The notes below the pieces were generated by a model. The model was not told where the DNA came from and ran no database searches. It saw only the letters and a program-made list of their open reading frames with translations. 64,000 nucleotides of DNA from Candidatus Limivicinus sp. (GTDB taxonomy: Bacteria; Bacillota; Clostridia; Oscillospirales; Oscillospiraceae): NCBI GenBank assembly GCA_051866745.1, contig JBJDXQ010000022.1, positions 84,533 to 148,532 on the forward strand, in the 5' to 3' direction. Below are positions 17,685 through 27,879 of the stretch, in pieces. The translations under genes were made by a program, and so were the position numbers. Numbering within the stretch: the stretch's first letter is position 1; each line of letters opens with the position of its first letter.

Positions 17685-18656
17685 TCAGGCGGGCCGCAGG
17701 CTGATCTCCCCGGCGTTCACCCGCTGCACCTGGCCGTCCTCCGTTCTCACCACCAGGGCAAAGTCCTCATCGATATCCAGCACCCTGGCAGAGATGGCCT
17801 CTCTGCCGGGACTCAGCAGCTGCACGTCCTTCCCCAGAACCACCGAGCGGCTTTTATACGCCTCATAGCAGGCCCGGCTGCCCAGGCAGGCGTAGTAGCC
17901 CATGAAGCGGTTCAGAATCTCCGCCGCCAGGCGGCAGCGCAGCTCCGGCACCGGGTCGGCGCCGAAGGCAGCTCCGGCAATGCCCTGCAGCTCCTCCGGG
18001 AAGCCCTCCGCCGGGACGGCGGTGTTCACGCCGATGCCCGGCACCACATAGTCAATCAGGCCGCTTTCAAAGTCCATGGCGGCCTCGGTCAGAATGCCGC
18101 AGACCTTCCTGCCATGAAATAACACATCGTTGACCCATTTGATCTGCACCGGCTCTCCGGCCAGCTGCTCAATGGCCTCCGCCACGGCCACCGCGGCGCT
18201 GGCGGTCACCAGGGTGGCCCGCTGGGCGTCGGTGCGGGGGCGCAGCAGCAGACTCATGTAAATGCCGGTGCCCGGCGGGGAATAGAAGCTGCGGCCCATG
18301 CGGCCCCGCCCGGCGCTCTGCTCGTTGGCGATCAGCACGCTGCCATGGGGCGCGCCCTCCGCTGCCATCCGCTTCATGGCGGCGTTGGTGGAGTCTATCT
18401 GATCCACCACCTGGATGCGCAGGCCGGTCGCCTTCAGATACCGTTCCACCCCGGCTTCGCTGAGCACGTCGCTGCGGGAGGAAAGGCGGTAGCCCTTGTT
18501 GGTTACCGATTCAATCAGATAGCCCTGGGCACGCAGCTGCCCCATGGCTTTCCATACCGCCGTCCGGCTGACGCCCAGCCGTCCGGCCAGCTCCGCCCCG
18601 GAGATATATTCGTCCCGGGCCTTCCAAAGATGCTCCAGCACCTGATCTTTCAGCAA
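17685..18656 (-). CDS. birA: bifunctional biotin-[acetyl-CoA-carboxylase] ligase / biotin operon repressor
   Basis: N-terminal wHTH (ISGAELAGRLGVSRTAVWKAMGQLRAQGY) and a ligase core (GRGRMGRSFYSP, KWVNDV). Confidence 0.9.
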   Translation of the reverse strand: MLKDQVLEHLWKARDEYISGAELAGRLGVSRTAVWKAMGQLRAQGYLIESVTNKGYRLSSRSDVLSEAGVERYLKATGLRIQVVDQIDSTNAAMKRMAAEGAPHGSVLIANEQSAGRGRMGRSFYSPPGTGIYMSLLLRPRTDAQRATLVTASAAVAVAEAIEQLAGEPVQIKWVNDVLFHGRKVCGILTEAAMDFESGLIDYVVPGIGVNTAVPAEGFPEELQGIAGAAFGADPVPELRCRLAAEILNRFMGYYACLGSRACYEAYKSRSVVLGKDVQLLSPGREAISARVLDIDEDFALVVRTEDGQVQRVNAGEISLRPA

Positions 18657-18660
18657 AAAA

Positions 18661-19215
18661 TCACCCTCTTGGTTTCAGCAGGCTGTGCAGCCTCCCGGTC
18701 AGCGAGACGGCCAGCAGAATCTTCACCGCGTCCGGCAGCAGATAGGGGAACACGCACAAGCTCAAAGCGGTCAATACCCCAATGGCCCCGCTGGTTCTGG
18801 TATACACCAGAACAAACCAGGCCGTACCGAAAGTATAGCACAAAAGAATGCCGATTGCCATAAAAAGAGCCAGAAGGGGTGGCTTTCTGCCAAATTTTTT
18901 TACGCCCAGCCCCACAACCAGAGCCGTAAAGATAAAGCCGATGATATAGCCCCCGGTGGTGCCCAGCAGCGTGCCAATGCCGCTGCGAAAGCCTGAGAAT
19001 ACCGGCAGGCCCGCCGCGCCCAACAGAATGTAGACCACCACTGCCCACAGTCCCAGCCGCAGCCCCAGCACCGCCGTGATCAGGCAGATGGCAAAGGTCT
19101 GTAATGTAATAGGCACCGGCAGGGGAATGCTGATCCAGGAGCAGACCGCGATCAATGCTACGCCCATGGCAATATAAGAAAGGTCCTTTGCAGTAAGCCG
19201 ACGATTCATTTTCAT
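18661..19215 (-). CDS. bioY: biotin transporter BioY
   Basis: Contains ITLQTF...LLGAAGLPVFSG...G.GTLLGTTGGYIIGF. The start is at MKMNRR, after a GAGG RBS. Confidence 0.9.
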   Translation of the reverse strand: MKMNRRLTAKDLSYIAMGVALIAVCSWISIPLPVPITLQTFAICLITAVLGLRLGLWAVVVYILLGAAGLPVFSGFRSGIGTLLGTTGGYIIGFIFTALVVGLGVKKFGRKPPLLALFMAIGILLCYTFGTAWFVLVYTRTSGAIGVLTALSLCVFPYLLPDAVKILLAVSLTGRLHSLLKPRG

Positions 19216-19262
19216 ACACCTCACATTTGAACTTGCCTGTTACTATAAAGGAAAAACTTCCG

Positions 19263-19296
19263 ATTGTCAACTGTTTTATAAAAAATGGTTAACAAT
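19263..19296. promoter_or_regulatory. candidate BirA operator upstream of bioY-birA
   Basis: Inverted repeat ATTGTCAAC-N16-GTTAACAAT, with TTAACA-type half sites, lies in the bioY upstream region. Confidence 0.55.
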
Positions 19297-19393
19297 TGAA
19301 ACGCAGCCCTGATGCTGCCTCTGGTTTCCTGTTGCGTATTTGGATAAAAAAGAATATAATGTCCGGGAAAACAACAGAAGCAGAGGAAACATC

Positions 19394-20248
19394 ATGATTA
19401 TCGACGCGCATTCCCACATTTTTCCCGATAACGTTGCCAAAGGCGCCCTGAGCAAGCTGCAGGCCGGCTCCAACGCCGGCATTTTCTGTGAAGCCACGGA
19501 GAAGGCCCTGACGGCCTCCATGGCCCAGGCGGGCATTGACCTGTGCATCAACCTGCCCTGCGGCACCAATCCCGCCAAGGTGCGGCAGATCAACCAGCTC
19601 TCCGCCCGGCGCAACAGCCGCCAGAAGAAGATTTTCAGCATCGGCTGCATCCACCCGGACTGTGCCGACGTGCGGGCGGAGCTGGCTCTGGCGGCCCAGC
19701 TGGGCCTGAAAGCGGTGAAAATTCACCCCTATTTCCAGAACCATGATTTTGACGACCCGGTCTATCTGCGCCTGATGGAGGCGGCCGGGGAGCTGGGCCT
19801 GATTGTAGTGGCCCATACCGGCACCGACCTGGGCTATCCCGGTCTCTACCGCTGCACTACCCCCATGATTGCCAATGTGCTGAAAAGCCTCCGGGGCGTG
19901 AAGCTGGTGCTGGCCCACATGGGCGGCTGCGGCAACTGGGAGGATATCATGGAGGTTGTGGCGGATTCCGATGTGATGCTGGACTGCGCCTACAGCCTGG
20001 GCTGCACCCTGGACATGGAGGGCAAGCCCATGGCCGGTATGCCCAGCCTGCTGACGGCGGAGCAGTTCATGGCTATGGAGAAGGTGCTGGGGCCGGAGCG
20101 CATCCTCTTCGGCACCGACAGCCCCTGGATGGATCAGCGCCATACCCTGGACCTGTTCCTGTCCCTGCCCCTCAGCCCGGAGGCCCAGGCGCGGATTTTG
20201 TACCAAAACGCCCTGGAGCTGTATGGCTTTCAGAATTGGATGGAATGA
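19394..20248 (+). CDS. amidohydrolase-family (TIM-barrel metal-dependent hydrolase) protein
   Basis: Begins MIIDAHSHIFP, with later HTG and H.GG motifs. AGAGGAAA RBS precedes the ATG at 19394. Confidence 0.8.
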   Translation: MIIDAHSHIFPDNVAKGALSKLQAGSNAGIFCEATEKALTASMAQAGIDLCINLPCGTNPAKVRQINQLSARRNSRQKKIFSIGCIHPDCADVRAELALAAQLGLKAVKIHPYFQNHDFDDPVYLRLMEAAGELGLIVVAHTGTDLGYPGLYRCTTPMIANVLKSLRGVKLVLAHMGGCGNWEDIMEVVADSDVMLDCAYSLGCTLDMEGKPMAGMPSLLTAEQFMAMEKVLGPERILFGTDSPWMDQRHTLDLFLSLPLSPEAQARILYQNALELYGFQNWME

Positions 20249-20282
20249 AAAAAGGCTTCCCCAAGAAAGGGAAGCCTTTTTT
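20248..20282. terminator. bidirectional terminator
   Basis: Hairpin aaaaaaggcttccc/gggaagcctttttt. Confidence 0.8.
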
Positions 20283-20283
20283 A

Positions 20284-21561
20284 TCAGTATCCGAAGTTGA
20301 AGAAGCCGGGGAAGGAGAACTGCCGTTGGCTGCTCTGCTGCTGCACCTGGGCCTGATCCTCCTCTGAACCCAGGGCGGACTGAATCTTTTCACCCACGAT
20401 GACCGTCAGCTCCACCGTCTCGCCCTGCCGGTAAACCGTCAGCTTCAGCTCCGCCCCGTCGTAGAGGTCACCCACCAGCCGCACCAGGTCGTCGCTGGAT
20501 TCTATCGCGGTTCCGTTGGCTTCGGTGATGATGTCATTGATCTGCAGTCCGGCCTTCTCGGCGGGGCTATCCTCGCTGATGGCCTTCACCGCCGCCCCCT
20601 TGGGCAGGCCGTAGCTCTGGGTCTCGCTGCTGACAGAGGTGACGGAAACGCCGATATAGGGCTTGGCGATGTAGCCCTTTTCAATAATGCTCTCCACAAT
20701 GTTCATCACGCTGTTGATGGGAATGGCAAAGCCGATGTTGTCGATGGACGCGCCGGAGCCGCTGCTGGAGTATTTGGCGTTGGTGATGCCGATGACCTCG
20801 CCGTAGAGGTTAAACAGGGCGCCGCCGGAGTTGCCGGAGTTGATGGCGCAGTCGGTCTGAATCAGCTCCATGGTCACGTTGCCAGAGAGGGTGACCTCCC
20901 GGTCAAGGGCGCTGACCACGCCGGCAGTGAGGGAGAAGGTCAGCTCACCCAGGGGGTTGCCGATGGCCACCACGCTGTCGCCCACGTTCAGATTGTCAGA
21001 ATCGCCCAGCACCACGGGGCTCAGATTTTCCGCGTCCACCTTCAGCACGGCGATGTCGTTGCTTTCGTCATAGCCGATCAGCTCTGCCTCATAGCTGCTG
21101 CCGTCGTACATGGTCACCTTGATGGAGGTGGAATTTTCGATCACGTGGTAGTTGGTAAGAATGTAGCCGTCATCACTGAGCACGAAGCCGGAGCCGGCAG
21201 CGGCAGAGGTGGTGGTAAAGCCGAAGTAGTTGGTGGTGACGGAGGTGGTGATGCCCACCGTGGAGGCCACGTTCTGGGCGTAGACCTCTGCGGGGCTCAG
21301 TTGCTTGCTGGTGTCAATGGTGGCCACATCGATGACGGAGCTGGGCCGCTCCCCCTTCAGAACCTGGGAACTGCTGCCGCTGCCGGAAGGAGCCAACAGC
21401 AGCACGCCGCCGGCGCCCAGCGCGCCGCCCAGCAGGGCGGCCACCAGCATCAGCGCGATCACCTTGCCCCAGGGGAAGCCCTTCTTTTTGCTGCCGCCGG
21501 TATACTCGGGATTATAGCTCCCATCACTGTTATAGGAACCGTTCGTGAAATCATCGTTCAT
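20284..21561 (-). CDS. HtrA/DegP-family serine protease with PDZ domain
   Basis: TM anchor, a trypsin-like core (TNYHV, DIAVLKV, GNSGGAL) and a C-terminal PDZ domain. Confidence 0.9.
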   Translation of the reverse strand: MNDDFTNGSYNSDGSYNPEYTGGSKKKGFPWGKVIALMLVAALLGGALGAGGVLLLAPSGSGSSSQVLKGERPSSVIDVATIDTSKQLSPAEVYAQNVASTVGITTSVTTNYFGFTTTSAAAGSGFVLSDDGYILTNYHVIENSTSIKVTMYDGSSYEAELIGYDESNDIAVLKVDAENLSPVVLGDSDNLNVGDSVVAIGNPLGELTFSLTAGVVSALDREVTLSGNVTMELIQTDCAINSGNSGGALFNLYGEVIGITNAKYSSSGSGASIDNIGFAIPINSVMNIVESIIEKGYIAKPYIGVSVTSVSSETQSYGLPKGAAVKAISEDSPAEKAGLQINDIITEANGTAIESSDDLVRLVGDLYDGAELKLTVYRQGETVELTVIVGEKIQSALGSEEDQAQVQQQSSQRQFSFPGFFNFGY

Positions 21562-21699
21562 GTTTGTCTCTCCTTTTATGGGCCTGAGCCCAGTGGCTTT
21601 TCAGCCTGTTTTTTATCATTGCCCGTATTGTACATATAAAAACTTAAATTTACCTGAAAGAACCTTGAAATATTTGTGAACACTGAAAGAAAGAAACAG

Positions 21700-21731
21700 G
21701 CGGGACACCGAACAATGGTGTCCCGCCTGAG
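21700..21731. repeat. left copy of duplicated terminator hairpin flanking MITE copy A
   Basis: gcgggacaccgaacaatggtgtcccgcctgag repeats at 21985-22016 with one loop mismatch. Confidence 0.85.
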
Positions 21732-21984
21732 CCTGTTAAAAAAGTCCATTTTACGGGCTGCATCAGTGAATTCTGCCGGTCAAAGGCTTCCCCTTGAGGG
21801 GAAGCTGGCGGCGCAGCCGACTGATGAGGTGGTAAGTAAAAACTTGGAAAAAGCAGAAGCTTCCGTCAAAAAAGCAGGATTTCCACCTCATCCGCCCAGT
21901 GTGCGCACTGGGCACCTTCCCCTCCAGGGGAAGGCTTGAGAAAGAACCCCTCTTCCTCGCACTATGGTTTTTTGACAGTCAGAA
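21732..21984. mobile_element. MITE-like palindromic element, copy A (about 253 bp, non-coding)
   Basis: Alignable by eye over its whole length with 48274-48527. Long imperfect inverted arms are present (ggcttccccttgaggggaagc...gatgaggtgg / ccacctcatc...ccttcccctccaggggaagg), with outer ends tgt(t/c)aaaaa / tttttgaca. Confidence 0.75.
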
Positions 21985-22016
21985 GCGGGACACCGAAAAA
22001 TGGTGTCCCGCCTGAG
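21985..22016. repeat. right copy of duplicated hairpin (the purF-proximal terminator)
   Basis: Direct repeat of 21700-21731, located 8 nt from the purF stop. Confidence 0.85.
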
Positions 22017-22024
22017 GATGCGTT

Positions 22025-23485
22025 TTATTTTTTCCCTGCGTGAATCTTGTTTTCAAAGCGATCCTTCTCCCCGGCGCTGGGGATGGCCGTGGGATAGCCG
22101 CCGCCGAAGCAGGCGGTGCAGAAGCCGCCGGGCTCATCGCCTGCCAGCCGCACCACATCCTCCACGCTCAGGTAGCCCAGGGAGTCCACCCCGATGATAC
22201 CGGCAATCTCCTCCACGGTGTGGTGGTTGGCGATCAGCTTCTCCGCGTCGTCGATGTCCGTGCCGTAGTAGCACTCACTGATGAAGGGCGGGGCGCTGAC
22301 TCGCATGTGGATTTCCTTTGCCCCGGCCTGCCGCAGCAGCTCGATGGTGCGCCGGCAGGTGGTGCCCCGGACGATGGAATCATCGATCATTACCACCCGC
22401 TTCCCCTCCACCACGGAGCGGATGGGGTTGAGCTTGATGTTCACGCCGTTTTCCCGCATCTCCTGAGTGGGGGAGATAAAGGTGCGTCCAATGTATTTGT
22501 TCTTGGTAAAGCCCATGGCGTAGGGGATGCCGGAGGCCTCGGCGTAGCCCAGGGCCGCGTCCAGCCCGGAATCCGGCACGCCGATGACCACATCCGCCTC
22601 CACCGGGTGGGCTTTGGCCAGAAAGGCCCCGGCCCGCTTCCGGGCCTGACAGACGCTGCACCCGTCGATGACGGAATCCGGCCTGGCAAAATAGATATAC
22701 TCAAACACGCACAGGCTCCGCCCCGCCTGACCGCAATGGCTGCGGTCACTGTGGATGCCCCTGCCGCTGACGGTGACGATCTCCCCGGGCAGAATATCCC
22801 GCTCAAATTCCGCGCCTACCGCATCCAGCGCGCAGGACTCGGAGGCGAATACCACCTTGCCGTCCTTCCGCCGGCCCATGCACAAAGGCCGGAAGCCATG
22901 GGGATCCCGGGCGGCAATCAGCTTGCTGGGGGATGAGATCACCAGAGAATAGGCTCCCTCCAGCCGGTTCATGGCCGCCGATACCGCCGCCTCAATGGAG
23001 CTGCTGCGCAGCCGCTCCTGCACGATGATATAGGCGATCACCTCGGAGTCGGTGGTGGTGTGGAAGATGGAGCCCTTTTCCTCCAGCTGCTTGCGCAGCT
23101 CCATGGAGTTGGTCAGATTGCCGTTATGGGCCAGGGCCATACGACCCTTGTAGTGGTTAATGATCAGGGGCTGCACATTGCGCTTGTTGTCCGAGCCGGT
23201 GGTGGCATAGCGCACATGGCCCACAGCGATGTTGCCGCTGCCCAGGGCCTGCAGCCGCTCCGGCGTGAAAACATCGTTCACCAGGCCCACATCCCGGTAG
23301 GCGCTGAAAACACCGTCGTCATTGATCACCATGCCGGCGCTTTCCTGGCCCCGGTGCTGCAGGGAGAACAGACCGTAGTATACCAGACCGGCCAGGTCTG
23401 CCGTTGCCGGGGAATAGACGCCGAAAACGCCGCATTCCTCATGGATGTGGCCGTTCCTTCGGTAGGGCTGCTCAGTCTGCATCAT
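22025..23485 (-). CDS. purF: amidophosphoribosyltransferase
   Basis: Propeptide followed by CGVFGV, a PRPP-binding motif ([13 protein letters not shown]) and C-terminal Fe-S cysteines. Confidence 0.95.
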   Translation of the reverse strand: MMQTEQPYRRNGHIHEECGVFGVYSPATADLAGLVYYGLFSLQHRGQESAGMVINDDGVFSAYRDVGLVNDVFTPERLQALGSGNIAVGHVRYATTGSDNKRNVQPLIINHYKGRMALAHNGNLTNSMELRKQLEEKGSIFHTTTDSEVIAYIIVQERLRSSSIEAAVSAAMNRLEGAYSLVISSPSKLIAARDPHGFRPLCMGRRKDGKVVFASESCALDAVGAEFERDILPGEIVTVSGRGIHSDRSHCGQAGRSLCVFEYIYFARPDSVIDGCSVCQARKRAGAFLAKAHPVEADVVIGVPDSGLDAALGYAEASGIPYAMGFTKNKYIGRTFISPTQEMRENGVNIKLNPIRSVVEGKRVVMIDDSIVRGTTCRRTIELLRQAGAKEIHMRVSAPPFISECYYGTDIDDAEKLIANHHTVEEIAGIIGVDSLGYLSVEDVVRLAGDEPGGFCTACFGGGYPTAIPSAGEKDRFENKIHAGKK

Positions 23486-24191
23486 GATCCATTAGCCTCT
23501 TCATGATCTCGGCGTAAGCATCCTCCACGCCGCCCAGATCCCGGCGGAACCGATCCTTATCCAGCTTCTCGTGGGTTTTCTCGTCCCAGAGGCGGCAGGT
23601 GTCCGGGCTGATTTCGTCGGCCAGCACGATGCTGCCGTCCGCCAGGCGGCCGAACTCCAGCTTAAAGTCCACCAGGATCACGCCGCACTCTGCCCACAGG
23701 GCCTTGAGGAAGTCGTTCACCTGGAATGCGTAGCGCTTGATGGTGTCAATCTCCTCCGCCGTGGCAAGCCCCAGGGCCAGGGCATGGTAGCTGTTGAGCA
23801 GGGGATCGCCCAGCTCATCATTTTTATAGGAGAACTCGATGGTGGGCGCGTCGAACACGATGCCCTCCTCCACGCCGTAGCGCTTGGCGAAGGAACCGGC
23901 GGAGAGGTTGCGCACGATGACCTCCAGCGGCACGATGGACACCTTCTTCACCAGGGTCTCCCGGGGGCTCAGCTCCTGCACAAAGTGGGTGGGCACACCG
24001 GCCTTTTCCAGCTTTGCCATCAGGCGGTTGCTCATTTGGTTGTTGATCATGCCCTTGCCGGCAATGCTTCCCTTCTTCAGACCGTTGAAGGCGGTGGCGT
24101 CGTCCTTGTAATCCACGATGAGAAGTTCGGGATCATCAGTCTTGAATACTTTCTTTGCCTTTCCCTCGTAGAGCTGTTCCAGTTTCTGCAT
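23472..24191 (-). CDS. purC: phosphoribosylaminoimidazole-succinocarboxamide synthase
   Basis: [22 protein letters not shown]... SAICAR synthase pattern. GGAGG RBS is present. The gene overlaps the purF start. Confidence 0.93.
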   Translation of the reverse strand: MQKLEQLYEGKAKKVFKTDDPELLIVDYKDDATAFNGLKKGSIAGKGMINNQMSNRLMAKLEKAGVPTHFVQELSPRETLVKKVSIVPLEVIVRNLSAGSFAKRYGVEEGIVFDAPTIEFSYKNDELGDPLLNSYHALALGLATAEEIDTIKRYAFQVNDFLKALWAECGVILVDFKLEFGRLADGSIVLADEISPDTCRLWDEKTHEKLDKDRFRRDLGGVEDAYAEIMKRLMDHDAD

Positions 24192-24245
24192 GGTGCAAGC
24201 CTCCGTTTTCTGTATTTTTCTGTAAATCCGAGAATTTACGTGCAA

Positions 24246-24274
24246 ATAGTATCACCGCGAAAAAGCCATTGCAA
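24246..24274 (-). promoter_or_regulatory. candidate promoter of purC-purF
   Basis: On the minus strand: TTGCAA, 17 nt, TACTAT. Confidence 0.5.
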
Positions 24275-24436
24275 TACGGAATTTCCATTTTGTAGGATGT
24301 GACAGAGCGGGCCGTTTCCCGGCTTTTTCTTTGCTTAAATTTGACCAGAGTCAGGAATATTTACACAACGTTCAGGAAAGAAAAACAGGAAAGCTTTATA
24401 CTAAAATTTAATGTAAAGAGAAGGAGCACTGCTTTC

Positions 24437-25141
24437 ATGCCGGAATTCATTCACTTTGATAATGTGGGAAAAATCTACAAAGTAGGCGAGGTGGAGATTC
24501 ACGCCCTGAAAAATGCCAGCTTCACCGTGAAGCAGGGGGAAATCTGCGTCATTGTGGGCGCCTCCGGCGCCGGCAAAACCACCATCCTCAACATCCTTGG
24601 CGGCATGGACACCATGAGCCAGGGTCACGTCTGGCTGGATGGGCAGGACATCTCCGGCTATAATGAAAAGCAGCTTACTTCCTATCGCCGCTATGACATC
24701 GGCTTTGTGTTCCAGTTTTATAACCTGATCCCCAACCTGACCGCTCTGGAGAATGTGGAGCTGGCGGTGCAGATCTGCAAGGACCATCTGGAACCGGCTC
24801 AGGTGCTTGCCCAGGTGGGGCTGGAGGCCCGGGCCAACAACTTCCCGGCCCAGCTCTCCGGCGGCGAGCAGCAGCGGGTGGCCATTGCCCGGGCTCTGGC
24901 CAAGAAGCCCAAGCTTCTGCTGTGCGATGAGCCTACCGGCGCCCTGGACTATAACACCGGCAAGGCCATCCTGAAGCTGCTGCAGGATACCTGCCGCCAG
25001 ACCAACATGACCGTGGTCATTGTCACCCATAACTCCGCCCTCTGTGACATGGCGGACCGGGTGATCCGGGTCAAGAGCGGCTGCATCCAGTCCGAGACCG
25101 TGAACCCCAAGCCCATCCCCGTAGAGCAGATCGAGTGGTGA
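24437..25141 (+). CDS. ABC transporter ATP-binding protein (MacB/LolD-like)
   Basis: Walker [10 protein letters not shown], signature [15 protein letters not shown], Walker [13 protein letters not shown]. Confidence 0.9.
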   Translation: MPEFIHFDNVGKIYKVGEVEIHALKNASFTVKQGEICVIVGASGAGKTTILNILGGMDTMSQGHVWLDGQDISGYNEKQLTSYRRYDIGFVFQFYNLIPNLTALENVELAVQICKDHLEPAQVLAQVGLEARANNFPAQLSGGEQQRVAIARALAKKPKLLLCDEPTGALDYNTGKAILKLLQDTCRQTNMTVVIVTHNSALCDMADRVIRVKSGCIQSETVNPKPIPVEQIEW

Positions 25142-25145
25142 TACC

Positions 25146-27815
25146 GTGGATATACTGATTACTTCCACCTTTCGGGAAATAAAAAAAAGCCTGGGCCGCT
25201 ACCTGGCCATCCTCACCATCATCGCCCTGGGCGTGGGCTTCTTCGCGGGCCTTCGCATCTGCCGCCCCATGCTGGTGGACTCTGCCGACGATTATTTCCG
25301 CCGCCAGAACTTCTATGACTACCGCGTCATTTCCACCATTGGCTTTTCTGAGGACAATGTGCTGAGCCTGGCGGAGCAGGAGCCGGTACTGGCCGCCGAG
25401 GGCGGCTGTTATGAGGATGTGCTGGTGCGCATCGGCGGCAACGACCACGTTTTCAAGGCCCATTCCATCACCGAAAACGTCAACACCCTGCGCCTGGTGG
25501 CCGGCCGTATGCCGGAGACGGACAGTGAGTGCGTCCTGGACGCGGACGTTTGGGACGAGACCATGCTGGGCCAGACCATCCGCCTGTCGGATACCAACCG
25601 CCAGGACACCCTGGATGAATTCAGCCGCCGGGACTTTACCGTGGTGGGCCTTGCCACCAGCCCTCTGTACATCAATCAGGACCGGGGCACCAGCAGCCTG
25701 GGCAACGGCCATGTGTCCTCCTGCGTCTATCTGCTGCGCAGCTGCTTTACCGCGGACTATTATAAAGAGCTGTTTCTCACCCTCCGGGGCGGTCAGGCCG
25801 CCTATACCGAAGCCTATGATCAGCGGATCGAAAGCACCGAGGATACCATCACCGCCCTGGCGGAGGAACAGGCCCGGCTTCGGTATCAGGAGCTGGTGCT
25901 GGATAACCGGGAGGAGATCGCGGAAGGCCGGCAAAAGCTGGCGGATGCCGAGGCGGAGATCGCCAGCCAGAAGGAAGAGGCCCGGCAGCAGGTGCGGGAC
26001 TTTATGAGCGGTATGGGCTTCTCCCCGGAAGAAAACATGGGCTACTACCGGCTGCTGCTGGACCAGATCAACACCTCCTTTACCGAGGCCGAGGAGGAGA
26101 TTGCCCAGACCTATGCCGATCTGGAAGAGGCGGAGCAGGAGCTGGACGATATCGAAGAGCCCTCCGTCTATGTCCTGACCAGAAGTGAAAACGTGGGCTA
26201 TGCCGCCTTTGAACAGGATTCCGCCATCATTGAAAAGATTTCCGTGGTGTTCCCGGTGTTCTTCTTCCTGGTGGCCGCCCTGGTCTGCGTCACCACCATG
26301 ACCCGCATGGTGGATGAGCAGCGCACTCAGGTGGGTGTGTGGAAGGCCATGGGCTATGACAAAGGGCTTATCAGCCTGAAATACATCATCTATGCCGGCT
26401 CTGCCGGCCTGATCGGCAGCGTCCTCGGCTTTTTCCTCTGCACCTGGTTTATCCCCCGGGTGTTCTGGGCCGCCTATGCCAGCCTGTATAACTTCACCCA
26501 GCAGCTGACCTATACCTTCCAGCCGGCAATGCTGGCCCTGTCCTTAGCCATCGCCCTGCTGTGCACCGCCGGGGTGGGGCTGTACTGCTGCCGCAAGGAG
26601 CTGCGGGAGGTACCCGCCTCCATCCTGCGGCCCAAGGCCCCCAAAAACGGCAAGCGCATCCTGCTGGAGCGGATCGGCTGGCTCTGGCGGCGCATCAGCT
26701 TTCTGCATAAAGTCTCCCTGCGCAATGTGCTGCGCTATAAGCAGCGCTTCTTCCTGATGATTCTGGGCGTCAGCGGCTGCACGGCCCTGCTGCTTACCGG
26801 CTTCGGCGTCCGGGACTCTATCCAGAACGTCACCGATTACCAGTACGGCGAGATCAGCCTCTACGACGCGGAGATCAACTTCAGCGAGGAACTTAGCGCT
26901 GAAGAGCAGAGCGACTTCCTGTCAGCCCATGACAGCCTTTCCGGCCTGGTCTATCTCTCCCGCAGCAACGCGGATGTTGCCGCCGGCAACAAGGTGAAGA
27001 GCACCGCCCTCACCGCCGTTATGGAGGGGAGACTGGAGGATTACCTCTCCCTCCACAATGAAGCCGGCCCGGTCAGCCTGCCGGGGGAGGGGGAAGCGGT
27101 TCTCTCCATGGGCATTGCCGGGTCCCTGGGCGTGGCGCCGGGGGACCGGCTGGAGATCACCAATGATGATTTCAACAAAATCACGCTCACCGTCAGCGGC
27201 GTGTTTGACAACTACCTGGGGGACTTTGTCTTTGTCACGGAGCAGAGCCTGATGAAGCTCAACGGCGAAGCCCCGGTGAACACGGCCTACGCCAGCTTCC
27301 GGCCCGGCCTGGACCAGAATACCGCTTCCGCGCTGCTGCTGGATGATTCCCTGGTGAGCCGGGTGGCCCTGAACCAGGATATGCGGGACACGGTGGACAG
27401 TTCCTTTGCCAGCCTGAGCATTGTGGTGCTGCTGATCATTCTCTGCGCCGGCGCCCTGGCCTTCATCGTGCTGTTCAATCTGATCAACATCAACATTGGC
27501 GAGCGCATCCGGGAGATCGCCACCATCAAGGTCCTGGGCTTTTATGACGGGGAATCCTCCGCCTATGTGTTCCGGGAAGTGAATATGCTGACGGCTTTGG
27601 GCGCGCTGCTGGGCCTGCCCTTCGGCAAGCTGCTCCATGCCTTCGTCATGCAGCAGATTCATACCGACGGCATGTGCTTCGATGTGCGCATCGCGGCCCT
27701 GAGCTATGTTTACAGCCTGGTGCTGACGGCCCTGTTCGCCCTGCTGGTGCGCCTGGTCATGAGCCTGAAGCTGAAAAAAATCAATATGTCCGAGTCCCTG
27801 AAATCCGTGGAATAA
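25146..27815 (+). CDS. ABC transporter permease with two FtsX-type domains
   Basis: 889 aa, GTG start. It has large extracytoplasmic domains, a coiled-coil segment and two 4-TM FtsX-like modules. Confidence 0.85.
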   Translation: MDILITSTFREIKKSLGRYLAILTIIALGVGFFAGLRICRPMLVDSADDYFRRQNFYDYRVISTIGFSEDNVLSLAEQEPVLAAEGGCYEDVLVRIGGNDHVFKAHSITENVNTLRLVAGRMPETDSECVLDADVWDETMLGQTIRLSDTNRQDTLDEFSRRDFTVVGLATSPLYINQDRGTSSLGNGHVSSCVYLLRSCFTADYYKELFLTLRGGQAAYTEAYDQRIESTEDTITALAEEQARLRYQELVLDNREEIAEGRQKLADAEAEIASQKEEARQQVRDFMSGMGFSPEENMGYYRLLLDQINTSFTEAEEEIAQTYADLEEAEQELDDIEEPSVYVLTRSENVGYAAFEQDSAIIEKISVVFPVFFFLVAALVCVTTMTRMVDEQRTQVGVWKAMGYDKGLISLKYIIYAGSAGLIGSVLGFFLCTWFIPRVFWAAYASLYNFTQQLTYTFQPAMLALSLAIALLCTAGVGLYCCRKELREVPASILRPKAPKNGKRILLERIGWLWRRISFLHKVSLRNVLRYKQRFFLMILGVSGCTALLLTGFGVRDSIQNVTDYQYGEISLYDAEINFSEELSAEEQSDFLSAHDSLSGLVYLSRSNADVAAGNKVKSTALTAVMEGRLEDYLSLHNEAGPVSLPGEGEAVLSMGIAGSLGVAPGDRLEITNDDFNKITLTVSGVFDNYLGDFVFVTEQSLMKLNGEAPVNTAYASFRPGLDQNTASALLLDDSLVSRVALNQDMRDTVDSSFASLSIVVLLIILCAGALAFIVLFNLININIGERIREIATIKVLGFYDGESSAYVFREVNMLTALGALLGLPFGKLLHAFVMQQIHTDGMCFDVRIAALSYVYSLVLTALFALLVRLVMSLKLKKINMSESLKSVE

Positions 27816-27879
27816 ATTTGACATTTTTCGTCCCGGGGCATATAATTGCTTTTACTTTCTGCCCAAGGAGAAGTGCCCT

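Noticed and set aside
21676-21939. Small ORFs inside the repeat elements encoding ...PPHPPSVRTGHLPLQGKA-like peptides (also 46215..46433, 46283..46498, 48262..48531, 48297..48542).
   Set aside because: They occur in different frames and on both strands of the same palindromic DNA. They lack RBSs and differ by indels between copies. They are by-products of the repeat, not genes.
24192-24436. A purine riboswitch or PurR-type leader upstream of purC-purF.
   Set aside because: I could not find the conserved purine-riboswitch core (the ...UAUAAUCG...GGAUAUGGC...CUACCGG...CCGUAAAU... pattern). Only a promoter-like TTGCAA-17-TACTAT and a small hairpin are present.
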